Origin: the human T2T-CHM13v2.0 reference genome, Homo sapiens
Assembly (NCBI RefSeq): GCF_009914755.1
Contig: NC_060948.1
Direction: 5' to 3' (one strand)
Length of the DNA stretch: 64,000 bases
Positions 33,642-52,198 of this stretch are shown piece by piece (position 1 is the stretch's first letter; each line of letters starts with the position of its first letter). Under the pieces are notes generated by a model. It was not told where the DNA came from and searched no databases. It saw only the letters and a program-made list of their open reading frames with translations. The position numbers were made by a program, and so were the translations under genes.

Positions 33642-33965
33642 ATTTTTTTTTTTTTTTTTGAGACATAGTTTCACTCTTTTTGACCAAGCTGGAGTGCAGT
33701 GGCATGATCTCGGCTCACTGCAACCACTGCCTTTCCACTTCAAGTGATTCTCCTGCCTCAGGAATTTTTTAATTAAAAAATTAAAAAATTAAATAAAATT
33801 CTCATGAATAGCTGGGATCACAGGCACCACACCCAGCTAATTTTTGTATTTTTAGTAGAGACAGGGTTTCACCTGGGTTGGTCTTGAACTCCTGACCTCA
33901 GATGATCCACCGGCATTGGCCTCACAAATTGCTGGGGATACAGGAGTGAGCCACTGTCCCCAGCC
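33642..33965 (-). mobile_element. AluS with a 39-nt insertion
   Basis: Antisense Alu broken at cctcag|...|ctcatgaatagctggg. Confidence 0.9.
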
Positions 33966-34199
33966 AATAATAATTTTTAAAATCCCAGCTTAAAACAAAC
34001 AAACAAACAACAACAACAACAAAAATTAAAGGTGTTACTCCAGTCAAAATATGACTAATAAGACAGTAAAGCAGATTTATTGCTGAAGTAATATTTTAGT
34101 GATCTGGGTAGAAGATAAAACCATCTACAAAATCCCTAAAGTCAAAGACCTAAACCAGAGCAACTCTCCTATCTTTAATTCTACAAAAACCGAGAGGTG

Positions 34200-36448
34200 A
34201 GAAATCTGAGAAGAATGAGAAGAGAGGTGAACTTGAGAAGCAGCTGCCTACTATGATGAAAACCCCTGCAAACTTACTAAGGAGCTGTGATCATCTAGTA
34301 GAAAATGGGCTCCCCACAGACGACAGGAAGCACCAGAAATTAGGGACAGGGTTCAAGATAGCTTGCCCAGCTAGGAACAAACTGAGAGTTGGGAGAGTCT
34401 CCCAGACACAGAAAAACAGAGAGCACTCCTTAGAGCTCCAAAATAGGCTTTCACATCTTGGCTACAGGAAAAATCTTCAATCCATTATGGCATTCTGTAT
34501 CATAGATGCAGCTACCTAAAAATGGCACTGAGATCTTTCTCCAGTAAGTGAACTCACACATAATTCCACAGGCATCTGAGCCCGTAGCAGCCTCAGCTGC
34601 CATTTTGATGGCAACCTAGATACTGGGGTTCTACAGACACAACTGCAGCCACTGTACTGCTCCAAGGACACAGAACAGGTATACACACACACCCATGGAG
34701 GGGTATTTGCCACATTGCTATGAGCTGCTGTTGAGACTGAGAATTGGCCAGACCATGCTCTTCACAGCTTCTTGCTCCTGCTCCTTGCCTAGGTTCTCCC
34801 CCACCTTCTCTGGTCTTGAACCCAATATGCCATTTTAGAGAGTTTGATGTTGGATAGTACCCCACCCTTGGCCTGAGTTCAGGTTGATGCAGTTGCAGTC
34901 GCTGCCCATCCAAGAAGAGACAAAAACACTAGGCTATCCTCTTCATACTTAGAATAATATCCACTGCTCTGCAACAAGACGCTGTGAAACTGAAATAAAA
35001 CTGGACTCCCCTTCTCACAGCTACTTGCCCATGCCACTCAACTGAGAGGGGTCCCACTCTTTCCAGTAACAAGTGTTTTGTCAGTACCATTTTGAAAGTT
35101 TAGAGACATTGTTTAGTTACCTGGCAGTGGTAGTCACTAGAGGCATTTTGGTCTCAGGCCAGATATTGGAGCACTTGCTCTGGGAGGAAGGGATTCCACA
35201 TCCAGAAATGAGTAGTGAATGTGAAGAGTGAGCCCAGAAGTAGGTACTGGAATTAGGCTCTCTTCCTTCACAGGGGTGAAGCACGAGGAGCGTTACAGAA
35301 AGAGGTTTTTCCTGGGCAGCAAGATTTGCATTCAGAATAGCTTTGTGACCTGGAAACAGTCTGCATGTGTCATTGCTGGTTGCCCTTGTGTGCTCCCTTG
35401 GTAAATAAAAGACCCACCAGCTCCTAGGGACAGGAGGAAAATGGATGCCAGCCTCTCTGGTGCTGTAACCATCAGTAAAGTCGACCTCTAAGGGAAAGGA
35501 AAGTACAGCTTGTCAAAGTCCCCCCTGGGTCAAAGTACACATCAGTAGAGTAACAGTTGCTGAAGGCAGCACCAGCAAAGCATGGGAAGAGATTTGGAAA
35601 GGGAAGCACCTCTTTTCTACCCGTGACATTCGCAGTGCATGGTTGCAGACTTGGCCAAGTCTCTTTAAAATTAAATCCTGGAGAACACAGCCTCAATGAA
35701 ACCACCTTTCACTCATTTCCAGTGGCTCTATCCCCCACTGAAGGTGACTGCCTGCTAGGGGGGCACTTTTCATGTTCTTACATTACCTTTATCTCTACAT
35801 TTACCTGCTCGCTCTCACTATTAAATGACAACTACTGGACTTTAGCCTGAGTGAAACCATCAAACAAAATTAAATGGCTACAAGGAGTAATTTCTGAAAA
35901 AGCCACTGCACAAACCTATCTGCAACCAAGGAACTCATACAAAGCTTTGGCATTCTGCAAGCACCCAGAAGTGAAGCCAACACATTATACAAAATTTTCA
36001 TCACAATTGTACCCTTGAGAGAAAAAAGAACACAAAATTAAGAAGCCTCAACTAAAATAGATTTTATAAAAAAGGAAAAAAGAGGAGCATTATGTTCCTC
36101 AGATAAGAAGAAACTAAGCGCATGAACTTTGGCAATAAAATGTGTTTACCAGAGAGTTTTTTCACCTCCAAAGGTCCAACTAACTCTTAAGCAGTTGTTC
36201 TAAGCAGGATAAAAAATCTGGAATTACAGTTATAGAATTTATAATAGATGGCAAAACTCAATGAGATCCCCCCTAAAAAAACTTACAGAAAAAAACTAAA
36301 AATATAATCCAGAATTTGAAAGATAATATAATTATATAAACAATGAACCAAGCAGAACTTCTGGAATTTAAAATTTTACTACAATAATTTGAAAATACAT
36401 GTAAAAACCTCAGTGACAGATTAGTCCAAGCAGAAAATAAGAATTTCA
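34200..36448 (+). mobile_element. Old L1 5'UTR and ORF1 start (L1PB/L1M-like)
   Basis: GC-richer 5'UTR-like sequence followed by A-rich ORF1 text (agcagaacttctggaa, aagaatttcaga). Confidence 0.55.
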
Positions 36449-38265
36449 GAGGAGTATGTGGCCAAGATGACTGACTAGGAGCAGCTACAGCATGTGTTTC
36501 TTATAGAGAGAAACAAAAAGTGTGAGAAACTATGGCATTTTCAATTGAAATATCCAGCTGTGCACTTTGGGACTGAGCAGAGAAAAAGCTTGACACATGG
36601 AGAACAGAGAAATGCAGTGCAGGGCAAGGGCCCACCCAGAAGCAACACAGTCAATGGAGCCTCCTTCACCCAGGAAACTGCAAACTGAATGCATGATCCT
36701 AGGATCCTCTCCCATGGATCTTTGCAACTTTCAGGTCAGGAGATCCAGTCAGGGACCCATTCCACTAGGGCCTTCAGTTAGAAACACAGAGCTCATGGAG
36801 TCTTATCAGAGTAGCTGTTAAGGCATGCATAGGGACCCAGGAGCTTTATACACCCTGACCGTAAAGTCCCCAGCAAATATGACTGAAATTCAAGCAAGGT
36901 GGAACACTAACCTTTGCACATACACTTGGGAAGGGAGTGGAAATCAAGATGCCAAGCAGCATTGGTCTGTGAACCCCACTTTCACAACATTTCACAAGCT
37001 AAAAGCCCACTGGCTTGGATTTCCAGTCAGCTGCCAGCAATAGTGTTGCACCTTCTTGGGATCAAATGGAGTTCCTGAGGATAAGGAAAGACTACCATAT
37101 TAGTGCTGGATGGCTTAGCCTTTCCAACCTGTAGGCTTAGGAGAGTCCAGACTTACTAGGGATGTAAGGGATCCTCTTACACAAAACAGGTGCACTACCA
37201 AAATGTGGCCAGAGTGCTTTAAACAGGACCTTGACCCATTTCTCATCTCTGGGAAGGACCTCACAACTGGGGCCTTCAAACACACCCACCCTCATTGTCT
37301 GGCTGACAAAGTTTTTACTTATTGCTGAAAAATAGTGCCCTGAGGGAAAGGCAGGCTCCCATCACTGATGCTTTAATGACTCATCTGTTCTAGTCTCCAG
37401 GTTACAGAAAGCCCAGGCTGACTGGGGATGAAAGTAGTACCCCAGATTAACCAAATGAAGAAAAGAATTTCAAGGCATGAAAACTGTCTTTCTGAAATAA
37501 GACAGGCATACAAAGCCAGACCAAAAAATAAAAAGATAGAAAAGAAATGAACAAAACCAAAACTGGGATTATGTTAACAGACCAAAACTATGACTGATCG
37601 GTGTACTCAAGAGACAGGGAGAACAGAATCAAGTTGAAAAACACTTCAGGATATCATCCAGGAGAATGTCCGTAACATAGCAAGACAGACCAACATTCAA
37701 ATGCAGGAATTCCAGAGATCGTCATTAAGATACTCCACAAGAAGATCATATCCAAGACACATAGTCATCAGATTCACTGAGGTCAAAATGAAAGGAAAAA
37801 ATGATAAGGGCAGACAGAGAGAAAAGCCAGGTTGCCTGCAAAAAGAAGCCCCTCAGTAAAACAGCAGATCTCTCAACCAAATCCCTACAAACCAGAAGGA
37901 ACTGGAGGCCAATATTTTACATTCTCAAATAAAATAATTTTTAATTTAGAATTTTATATCAGACCAAACTAAGTTTCATGAGAAAAATAAAAATAAGGTC
38001 ATTTTCAGATAAATGTTGAGGATATTTGTAACCACCAGATATGCCTTATAAAGGCTTCTGAAGGAAGCACTAAAAATGGAAAAGGAAAACAATTACTTGC
38101 CACTCCAAAAACACACTGAAGTACACAGACCAGTGACACTATAAAGCAAACACATTAAAAAAGTCTGCCAAATAATCAGCTAGCATCATGACGACAGAAT
38201 TAAATCCACACATAACAATTTTAACTTTAAATGTAAATGGGCTAAATGCACAAAGTAAAAGATCC

Positions 38266-38641
<376 letters not shown>

Positions 38642-38697
38642 TTACATGCAATGACACTCATAGGCTCAAAATAAAGGGATGAAGGTAAACATGGTAA

Positions 38698-38700
<3 letters not shown>

Positions 38701-38742
<42 letters not shown>
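38701..38742. repeat. (TA)21 microsatellite
   Basis: Read directly. Confidence 0.95.
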
Positions 38743-38746
<4 letters not shown>

Positions 38747-40224
38747 AGCAAATATATACATACATATATATGTGTGTGTGTATATATTATGTAACAGAAA
38801 AAAGCAGAATGACAGTCCTAGTTCCTTATAAAGCAGACTTCATACCAACAAAGATCAAAAAAGGAAAGGACATTTCATAATGTCAAAGGGATCAGTTCAA
38901 CAAGAAGAGCTAACTCTCCTAAATATATATGCACCCAACACAGGAACACCCATATCTATAAAGCAAGATCTTAGAGACCTTCAAAGAGACTTTGACTCCC
39001 AAAGAGTAATAATGGGAGTCTTTAACAACCCACTGACAATGTTAGACAGATCATCAAAAAAAAAAAAAAAAAGTTAACAAACATATTTAAGACTTGAGCT
39101 CCACTTTGGATTAAATAGACCTGATATATATCTACAGAACTATTCACCCAAGAGCAACAGAATATACACTCTTCTTTGTGCCACATGGCACTCACTCTAT
39201 AATTGATCATATAATCAAAAGTAAAACACTCCTTAGCCAATGCAAAACAACGAAATCACAACAACAATTCTCTTTGACCACAGCAGAATCAAATTAGAAC
39301 TCAAGACTAAGAAATTTACTCAAATCTATACAATTATATGGAAATTGAATGATCAGCTTCTCCATGACTTTTGCATAAATAATGGAATTATGTCAGAAAT
39401 CAAGAAATTCTTTGAAACTGAGAACAAAGATACAATGAACCAGAATCTCTGTAACGCAGCTAATACAGTGTTAAGAGGGAAATCTGTAGCATTAAATGCC
39501 CACGTCCAAAAGCTAGCAAGATCCCAAGTTAGCAATCTAAAATCACAACTAAAAGAACTAGAGAAACGTGAGCAAAGAAATCCCAAGTCTTGTAGAACAC
39601 AAGAAATACTCAAAATCAGAGCTGAACTGAGGGAGATATAGACAAAAAAAAACTCAAAAAATCAACAAATACAGAAGCTTCTTTTTTGAAAAGCTAAAGT
39701 AGATGGACTGTTGGCTAAACTGATAAGGAAAAAAAGAACATTCAAAACAACACAATAAGATATGATAAGGGGAGTATTACCACTGACCTCACAGAAATAC
39801 GACCAACCATCAGATGATTTTATATAAAAACCTCTAGACACATAAATTAGAAAATCTAGAATAAAAAGATCCATTCCTGGACACTTACACGCTCCCAAAA
39901 CTGAATTAGGAAGAAATTGAATCTGTGAACAGACCACGAATGAGCTCTGAATTTGAGGCAGAATTAAATAGCCTACCAACCAAAAAAACTCAGGACAGGA
40001 TGCATTTACAGGTGAATTCTATCAGATGTACAAAGAATCACTGGCACCATTTCTACAGAAACTATTTTTAAGAATTGAAAAGGATGAGTTTTTTTTTAAC
40101 TTATCATTTAATTTTAAGAATATTACAAGTTTAAAACTTTAATTTTTAAAATAGAAAACAATGACTTTTTCCTACCTCTGTGAGTCCAGAATCATCCTAA
40201 TAATTTTCATTAAAAAGAATTTCA

Positions 40225-44240
<4,016 letters not shown>

Positions 44241-45607
44241 TCCTTATACTGTCTTCAAGGAATTCATCTCACATGTAATGATTCCTACAGTCTCAAAATG
44301 AAAAGATGGAGAGAGATTTATCACATAAATAGCAAACCAAAGAGAGAGAGACAGAGGGAAAAGAGAGAGAGTTGCTATATTTGTATTAGATGAAAGAGGC
44401 TTTAAGTCAACAACAGTAAAAAAAAGTCATTAAATGATAATAAACAGTTTAATTCAGCAAGAAGAATTAACCACTATAAATATACATACAAGCAAAATTG
44501 AAATACCTAGATTTATAAAATGATTGCTTCTCAATGTAAGAAAAGGTCTTCACAATACTAATGAGAAACTTCAACACCATACTGAAATCTCTAGACAGAT
44601 TATTGTGAAATAAACTAAGAAATTCTGAACTTAAATTGAATACTAGACCAATTCGGCCTAACAGACATGTACAAAATACTACAACAAACAACCATAAAAT
44701 ATGCATTCTTCTCAACCACACAAGAAACATTCTTGAAAATTGACCTTATTTTATTTTAAAGTCTCAATAAATTTTATAAATTTAAAATTATACTAACCAA
44801 CTTCTTGGTCTACAATGAAATAAATATAAAAGCCAATGCCAAGAAAAATCTCAAAAACACACAAATACATGAAAACTAAACCACTTACTCTGCATAACAT
44901 TTGAATACACAACAAAATTAAGGTAGAAATCAAAATATTATTTGAAACAAATAAATGTAGAAAAAATACCAAAACCTCTGAAATGTGGTAAAAGCAGTGT
45001 TAAGGGGAAGTTTATGAATATTAAATGTCTACACGAAGAAGATACATCTGAAATTTCCAACATTACCTTGCATGTAAAGAACCTAGAAAATCAAGAAAAA
45101 AAAAAACTATACCCAAAGCTGCAGGAAAAAAAAAAAAAAAAGAATCAGAGCATAATTAAATGAAATTGAAACCCCTGGAAGCCATAAATGGGATAAATAA
45201 GATCAATAGACCACTAACTAGACTATCAACATAAAAGAGAGGCTGGACCCAATAAGCACAGGCAGAAATGACAAATCTGACACCAAAACTGCTCCCACAA
45301 AAGTACAAAAGAGCCTCAGAAGCTACTATAAACCTTTCCAGGCATACAAACTAGGAAATTTAAAGGAAATTAATAAATTCCTAAAATCACAGAATCTTCA
45401 AATAATGAACAAAGAAGAACAAAAATCATAAACAGACTAATAAAGGGTAATAAAATTGAATCAGTAATAAAAAATCATTAGCCCCCCAAAAAAGTCCTGT
45501 ACCAAAAAGCTTCACAGCCATTTTTTTTCAGAGATACTAAAAAGCTGGTAGAAATACTACTGAAACTATTCAAAAATAAAAAATAAAATAAAAAGGAAAG
45601 AATAATA

Positions 45608-45918
45608 ATTTTTTTTTTTTTTTTGAGACAGATTCTGGCTCTGTAGCCTAGACTGGCTCTGTAGCCCAGACTGGCTCTGTAGTCCAGACAATGGCACGAC
45701 CTCTGCTCACTGCAACCTCCGCCTCCCAGTTCAAGCAATTCTCCTGTCTCAGCCTCCCAATTAGTTGGGAATACAAGTGCCCGCCACTACACCCAGCTAA
45801 TTTTTGTGTTTTTAGTAGAGACAGGGTTTCACCATGTTGGGCAGGATGGTCTTGAAATTCTGACTTCATGATTTGCTCACTTCAGCCTCCCAAAGTGCTG
45901 AAATTACAGGTGTGACTC
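45608..45918 (-). mobile_element. AluS with internal 18-bp tandem triplication
   Basis: ctggctctgtag(c/t)c(c/t)aga units at ~45635-45688. Confidence 0.9.
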
Positions 45919-46649
45919 CTAATTTATTCTATGTAATAACTATTATCCTGATACTCAAATCTGGCAAAGGCACAACAAAATAGAAAACCACAGACAAGTA
46001 ACCTCAATGATTGTAGATAGAAAAATTATCAACAAAATATTAGCAACCCAAATCCAGAATTACATCAAAAAGTTTATGCACTATTATCTAGATGGCTTTA
46101 TTCATGGAATTTCAAGATAATTTAATATAGGTAAATCAATAAATGTAATTAAACAAAAAAACTGAAATCATATAATTATCTCAATAATGCAAAACATGCT
46201 TTTGATAAGATTCAATATGTCATAATAAAATCACTAAATACGCTAGGCATCAAAAGAACATCACTCAAAATAATAAGAGCCATCTTTGACAAACACACAG
46301 CCAATATCATGCTGAATGAGAAAATTGATAGCATTCTCCCTACAAGCTTAACAAGATAAGAATGTCCATTCTTATCTATCTTACTCAGCTTGGTATTGCA
46401 AGTCCTAAACACAGCAATCAGACAAGGGAAAGAAATAGAAGACACACAATTAAGAAAAAGAAGAGGTAAAAATATCTCTTTGCAGACAGTATGATTCTAT
46501 ACGTAGAAAATCCTAAATATTTTACAAAAAGGCTCTTTCAGAAGAACAAATTCAGCGAGTGTCATGATATAAAATCAGTGTGCAAAAATAAGTAACTTTT
46601 TTACACACTGATAATTTTCAGGCTGAGATCCAAATAAAGAATGCAATTT

Positions 46650-46922
46650 GGCCAGGCATGTGTGTCATATCTGTAATCCCATAACTTTGGGAGGCCAAGC
46701 TGGGTGTATCCTTTGACACAAGCCTGGGCAACATGGAGAAACCTTGCCGCTACAAAAAATACCAAAATTAGCTGGGTGTGATGGTGCATGCCTGTAGTCC
46801 CAGCTAATCAGGAGGGCATGAAAATCTCTTCGACCTGGGAGGTGGTGGTTATATATAGTTAGCAGAGGTTGTGCAACTGCACTCTAACCTAAGACACAGG
46901 GTGAGGTCCTATAATAAAAAAA
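46650..46922 (+). mobile_element. AluJ-like, internally deleted
   Basis: agcctgggcaacatggagaaacc; diverged. Confidence 0.8.
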
Positions 46923-47427
46923 GTGAAATTTCACTTACAGTAGCCATAAAAATGGGAATATAGCTAACCAGGAAGGTGAAAAATCTCTGCAAGGGGAATC
47001 AAAAACATTGCTAAAAGAACTCATAGATAACACAAACAAATAACAAAGCATTTAATGGAAATTAGCTGAAAAAATTAATATTGTTGAACTGTCATCTGCT
47101 TAAAGAAATCTAGAGATTCAGTGCTATTCTGAACAAATCACTAACATTATTTTTCACAGAAATTACATGAAAATTTCTGAAGTTTATCTGGAATCAAAAA
47201 ATTGCCTGAATAACAAAAGTGATCCCCCCAAACCAGACAAAGGACAGGGGCTTTATATTACTCAACTTCAAATCAAACAATAAGGTTACAATAACAAAAA
47301 TAGCATCATATTGATACAAAAAAATAGATACATAGTTTAATGGAAAATAATAGAGAGTCCAGAAATGTAGTTGTACATCTACTACCAATTAATCGTCAAC
47401 CAAAGTTGACATAAAAATAAACAATAG

Positions 47428-48760
47428 GGTTTTGATTTGCATTTCTCTAATGACCAGTGATGATGAGCTATTTTTCATATGTTTGTTGGCTGCATAAATG
47501 TCTTCTTTTGAGAAGTGTCTGTTCATATCCTTTGCCTCTTTTTTTAATGGGGTTGTTTTTTTCTTGTAAAGTTGTTTTAGTTCCTTGTGGATTCTGCTTA
47601 TTAGCCCTTTGTCAGATGGATAGATTGCAAAAATATTCTTTCATTCTATAGGTTGCCCGTCCAGTCTATTGATAGTTTCTTTTGCTGTGCAGAAGCTCTT
47701 TGGTTTAATTAGATCTCATTTGTCTATTTTTGCTTTTGCTGCCATTGGTTTTGGTCTTTTATTCCTGAAGTCTTTGCCCTTGCCTATGTTCTGAATGGTA
47801 TTGCCTATGCTTTATTCTAGTATTTATGTAATTTTAAGTTTTACATTTAAGTCTTTAATCCATCTTGAATTAATTTTTGTGTAAGGTGTAAGGAAGGGGT
47901 CCAGTTGCAGTTTTCTGCATATGGTTAGCCAGTTTCCCCAGCACCATTTATTAAATAGATAATCCTTTTCCCATTGCTTGTTTTGGTCAGGTTTTTTGAA
48001 GATCAGATAGTTGTAGATGTAATTCTGAGGTCTCTGTTCTGTTCCATTCATCTATATGTCTGTTTTGGTATCAGTACACATCAGTTAGAAGGGTGATCAT
48101 TAACAAGTCAGGAAACAACAGATGCTGGAGAGGATGTGGAGAAATAGGAATGCTTTTACACTTTTGGTAGGAGTGTAAACTAGTTCAACCATTGTGGAAG
48201 GCAATGTGGCGATTGAAGTATCTAGAACAAGAAATACCATTTGACTCAGCAATCCCATTACTGGGTATATACCTAAAGGATTATAAATTATTCTTTGATA
48301 AAAACACATGCTCATGTATGTTTACTGTGGCACTGTTCACAATAGCCAAGACTTGGAACCAACCCAAATGCCTATCAGTGATAGATGGATAAAGAAAATG
48401 TGACACACACACACCATGAAATACTACGCAGCCACAAAAAAAGGATGAGTTCATATCCTTTTCAGGGAGGTGGATGAGGCTGGAAACCATCATTCTCAGC
48501 AAACTAACACAGGAACAGAAAGTCAAACACCCTATGTTCTCACTCATAAGTGGGAGCTGAACAATGAGAACACATGGACACAGGGAGGGGAACATTACAC
48601 ACCAGGGTCTGTTGTTGGGTGGTGGGCTAGAGGAGCATTAGGAGAAATACCTAATGTAGATGACGGGTTGATGGGTGCAGCAAACCACCATGGCATGTGT
48701 ATACCTATGTAACAAACCTACTCATTCTGTACATAAACCTTGGAACTTAAGGTATAATAA
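47428..48760. mobile_element. L1PA7/8-like 3' end with 5' inversion (47428-48076 minus, 48077-48760 plus)
   Basis: Antisense ORF2 end joined to sense ORF2 end and 3'UTR; AT-rich tail. Confidence 0.9.
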
Positions 48761-48799
48761 TAATAATTATTATTATTATTAATAAGTAGTTCTGGAAAA

Positions 48800-49445
48800 T
48801 TACAAATAATAAAATATTTTCCTAAAACTTGTTTCTGTACAATAAATGGGTGAAAAGAGAATTTAAAAAATCAAAAAATACCTTGAGATTACAAAAATGG
48901 AAATAAATTATCACAAACTTATGGAATACAGCAAAGTAGTGTTACAGGGTAAGTTTATAGCAGTAAGCACAAAAAAGAGAAATATTTCATATAAGCACTT
49001 TAATGTTATACCTCAAGATACAGGGAAATAGGCACAAAGTTTAAAGAGGTTAGAAAAAATAAAGATTAACATAAATAAACAAAATAGACACAAGAAAAAT
49101 AATTGAATATCCAAAGCAGAGTAAGAGTTGGTGTTTGAAAAATATAGAAAATGTTGGCAAACCTTTATTTAAATTAATTAAGAAAGATAAAGACTAAAGT
49201 AAATAATATTATAAATAAAAGAGCAGCTATTACATGTGATAACACAAAATCCAGGATTATAAAACAATCTTGCTAACAATTGTATGCTAAAAAATAACTG
49301 GAATACATGAAATAAATGAATAAAATTTTAGACACATAAAACCTACAAAAAGTCAGTCATAAAAATAGTAAATCTATAAAGACAAATATTGAATAAAATA
49401 TTAAGTTAAAAATAAAATTTATCTGATGAATTAAAAGCATAAGAA
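48800..49445 (+). mobile_element. L1M ORF2 fragment
   Basis: aaacttatggaatacagcaaag, gggtaagtttatagcagt. Confidence 0.7.
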
Positions 49446-49539
49446 TTACAATATTAGCAAGATGGCACAATAGGACAGTGAAGACCAGGGTTACAAATTT
49501 TCAAGTAAAAATTTGGAATTCAGTACTGAAGCCAAGCTC

Positions 49540-51531
49540 ATCTTTCATATGGCTTAGGTAAGTGCTTGGCTTGATTGTGTCTATGCCCTAGGGCTTTCTG
49601 GAATGCTGAATTTAGGAATATGAGTTATTTTTCAGAAGAAATTTCTAAGCAACAAAGCATTCAAGATGTAGTGTGGCTGCTTGTAACCACCTATGATTAG
49701 ATATGAGAACAAAGAAGTGACTTAAGATTGAAACATAATTAAAAGTGAAGCAGAGCAAATGAAATATTTACAGCTTGGCCATGTGTTAGAAAAAGAAAGG
49801 ATTTTCAGGAGAGGAATCCAGGTAGAGCTGTGAAACAACCACTTGCTAGGGAGATTAAACATAAGAAAACCAGGTGCTAATATTCAGAATAATGAATACA
49901 CTAAAGGTATTCCAGAAACCTTCCAAGTTGCATCTTCCATCACAGCATCAGGGACGTAAGAGAACAAACTTGTTTTGAGAGTTGTGTCAAGCACACTGCT
50001 TTTCTGTGCCACCTCAAGATGCAGCTCCCACATCATGGTCAATCTGTCTCCAACTGGAGCCTTAAGAGCCTCAGGTACAGCTCAGTCTACCACTCAGAAT
50101 AGTGCAAGCCATAAGACTGCATGCTTTAGATGAAGAATTAGATCATAGTGGTGAAGCCTTTGAAGCTTTCACCTAGATTTCAAAAAAATATGCTAAAAAG
50201 CCTAGGTGGTAATGCATAAGCCTCTGGGAGCAGGAGAGTTCCAACATAGAGACTCAACAAAAGCAGTGAAAAAGGGAAATGTGTGGTTGGAGACTTCAAA
50301 CACAGTATGCGTAGTGGAAATGTGGAAATGGTGCTGCCACCCTACAGACTTCAGAATTGTAGAGCCACTGGCAGATTTATCTTCAGCCTGGAAGAACAAC
50401 AGTCATTTAACTCCACCCTTTGAGAGCAGCCATGGTGACAAGTGTGTATACATTGTATACATTGCCTAGACATCAAGTCAAAAGATATCATTTTGAAGTT
50501 TTCAAATTTTTGCTTTGTTTGGTTTGAGAAGGAATCTCACTCTGTCACCCAGGCTGGAATCTGGTGGCACGATCATAGCTCACAGCAACCTCCACCTCCC
50601 TGGTTCAAGTGATTCTTCTGTCTCAGCATTGCAAGTAACTGGGATTACAGGCACTTGCCACCATGCCCAGCTAATATTTGTATATTAGTAGTGATGGTTT
50701 TCACCATGTTGGCCAGGTTGTTCTTGCACTCCTGGACTCAAGTTACCAACCCACCTCAGCGTCTCAAACTGCTAGGATTACAGGCATGAGACACCACACC
50801 TGGCCTGAAGCTTTCAAGTTTAATGTCTGCCGTCTGGATTTTGAAATTTGTGGAGACTTTTATCTACATTTTTGGCTGGTTTTTCCCTTTTGGGATGAGA
50901 ACGTTTATGCAAACCTATACCATCACTGTATCTTGACAGTAAATAATTTTTTAATTATTATTATATCTTATATGGAAATAACTTTCTTAGAGTCTAAGAT
51001 AAGAATTTGGACTTTGGACTCTTGAGTTGATACTAAAATGAATTAAGACTCCGGGGATGAGAGGATTGTATTTTGTAATGACAAAGACAGAGTATTTGGG
51101 TGCCAGAAGTAAAAAAATATACTTTGCATGATTGTGACCTATAAATCTTATGTTGAAATTTGATCCCCAATGTTGGGGATGGGGCCTAGTGTGACGTATT
51201 TGGATCATGGTGGCAGATCACTCATGAGTGACTGTGTGCTGTCATTGTGGGAATAAATGAGTTTTAACTCTATTAGTTCCCTTGAGACTTGATTGTTCAA
51301 ATAAGCCTGATATCTCTCTTTGTTTTCTCTTGCTCCGTTTTTGACCATGTGTCATACCTCTCTTCCCTTCGCCATATTCCATAATTAGAAACTTCCTAAC
51401 GTTCTTATCAAAAGCAGATGCAGGTATTATTCTTAAACATCATGCAGACCTATGAGCCAAGTTAAACTGCTTTTTAAATAAATTGCCCAGCCTCAGGTGT
51501 TCTTTTATATCAACACAAAACAGACTAACAC
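49540..51531 (+). mobile_element. MaLR internal region plus 3' LTR (MST-like; LTR ~51118-51531)
   Basis: gaagaaatttctaagcaacaaagcattcaaga; LTR atgttgaaatttgatccccaatgttgg...cagactaacaca. Confidence 0.85.
50510..50805 (-). mobile_element. AluS
   Basis: Antisense Alu. Confidence 0.9.
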
Positions 51532-51819
51532 AGTCATATTGAATAAGAATAGATACATTTTTACAGTTAAAAAACACAGTGTGGCTGAATGCATTAAAAA
51601 ACAAGACCCAAATATATTCTGCCTTCCAGAGGCTCACATCACCTGTAAGGACATAGTAGACTGCAAGTAAAATAATGGAAGAGAAATTTTTCATGCAAAT
51701 GAAAACCATGAAAGATCAGTTTATGTAAGATAAAGTTTAAGACAAAAACTGTGCAAAACCAAAAAGATTATTATACAATGACAAGGAGTCAACTTAGCAT
51801 GAGAATGTAACAATTATAA

Positions 51820-51995
51820 GTATATATACACACACATATATGTGTCATAAATATATATTTTTACATCTATGTATATAAATTTATATGTATAAATATATAT
51901 TTATATATAAATATATGTATATATGTATATGTATATATATATAAATATATGTATATATGTATATGTATATACATATAAAAATATATATGTGTATG
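51820..51995. repeat. (TATATG/TA)n low complexity inside an L1 EN fragment
   Basis: Read directly. Confidence 0.85.
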
Positions 51996-52198
51996 CCCCA
52001 AGCATTGGAACAGCTAAATACATAAAGCAAATATTATAGGCCTAAGGATGAAATTACCTGCAATAAAAGAACATCAAAAAACTTCCACATCTTACTTATA
52101 TCCATGGACAAAACATCAAATAGGAAATCAGCAAATAATCACCAGAGTTATATTGCTTTCAAAACAAATAACTCTAACAGACATTTACAGACCATTAC

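Larger units (their letters stand above)
32830..34200 (+). mobile_element. Tigger1 DNA transposon 5' part, interrupted by L1 and Alu
   Basis: TA|CAGGGATAGCTTGTTTCATTG...AGATACTGCGTTTTTT; aagcttagt; tagtgatctgggtagaagat. Confidence 0.85.
44241..47427 (+). mobile_element. Older L1 (L1PB/L1MA-like) ORF2, with two Alus
   Basis: Diverged EN-to-RT text (tttgcagacagtatgat, tagaaaatcctaaa). Confidence 0.8.
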
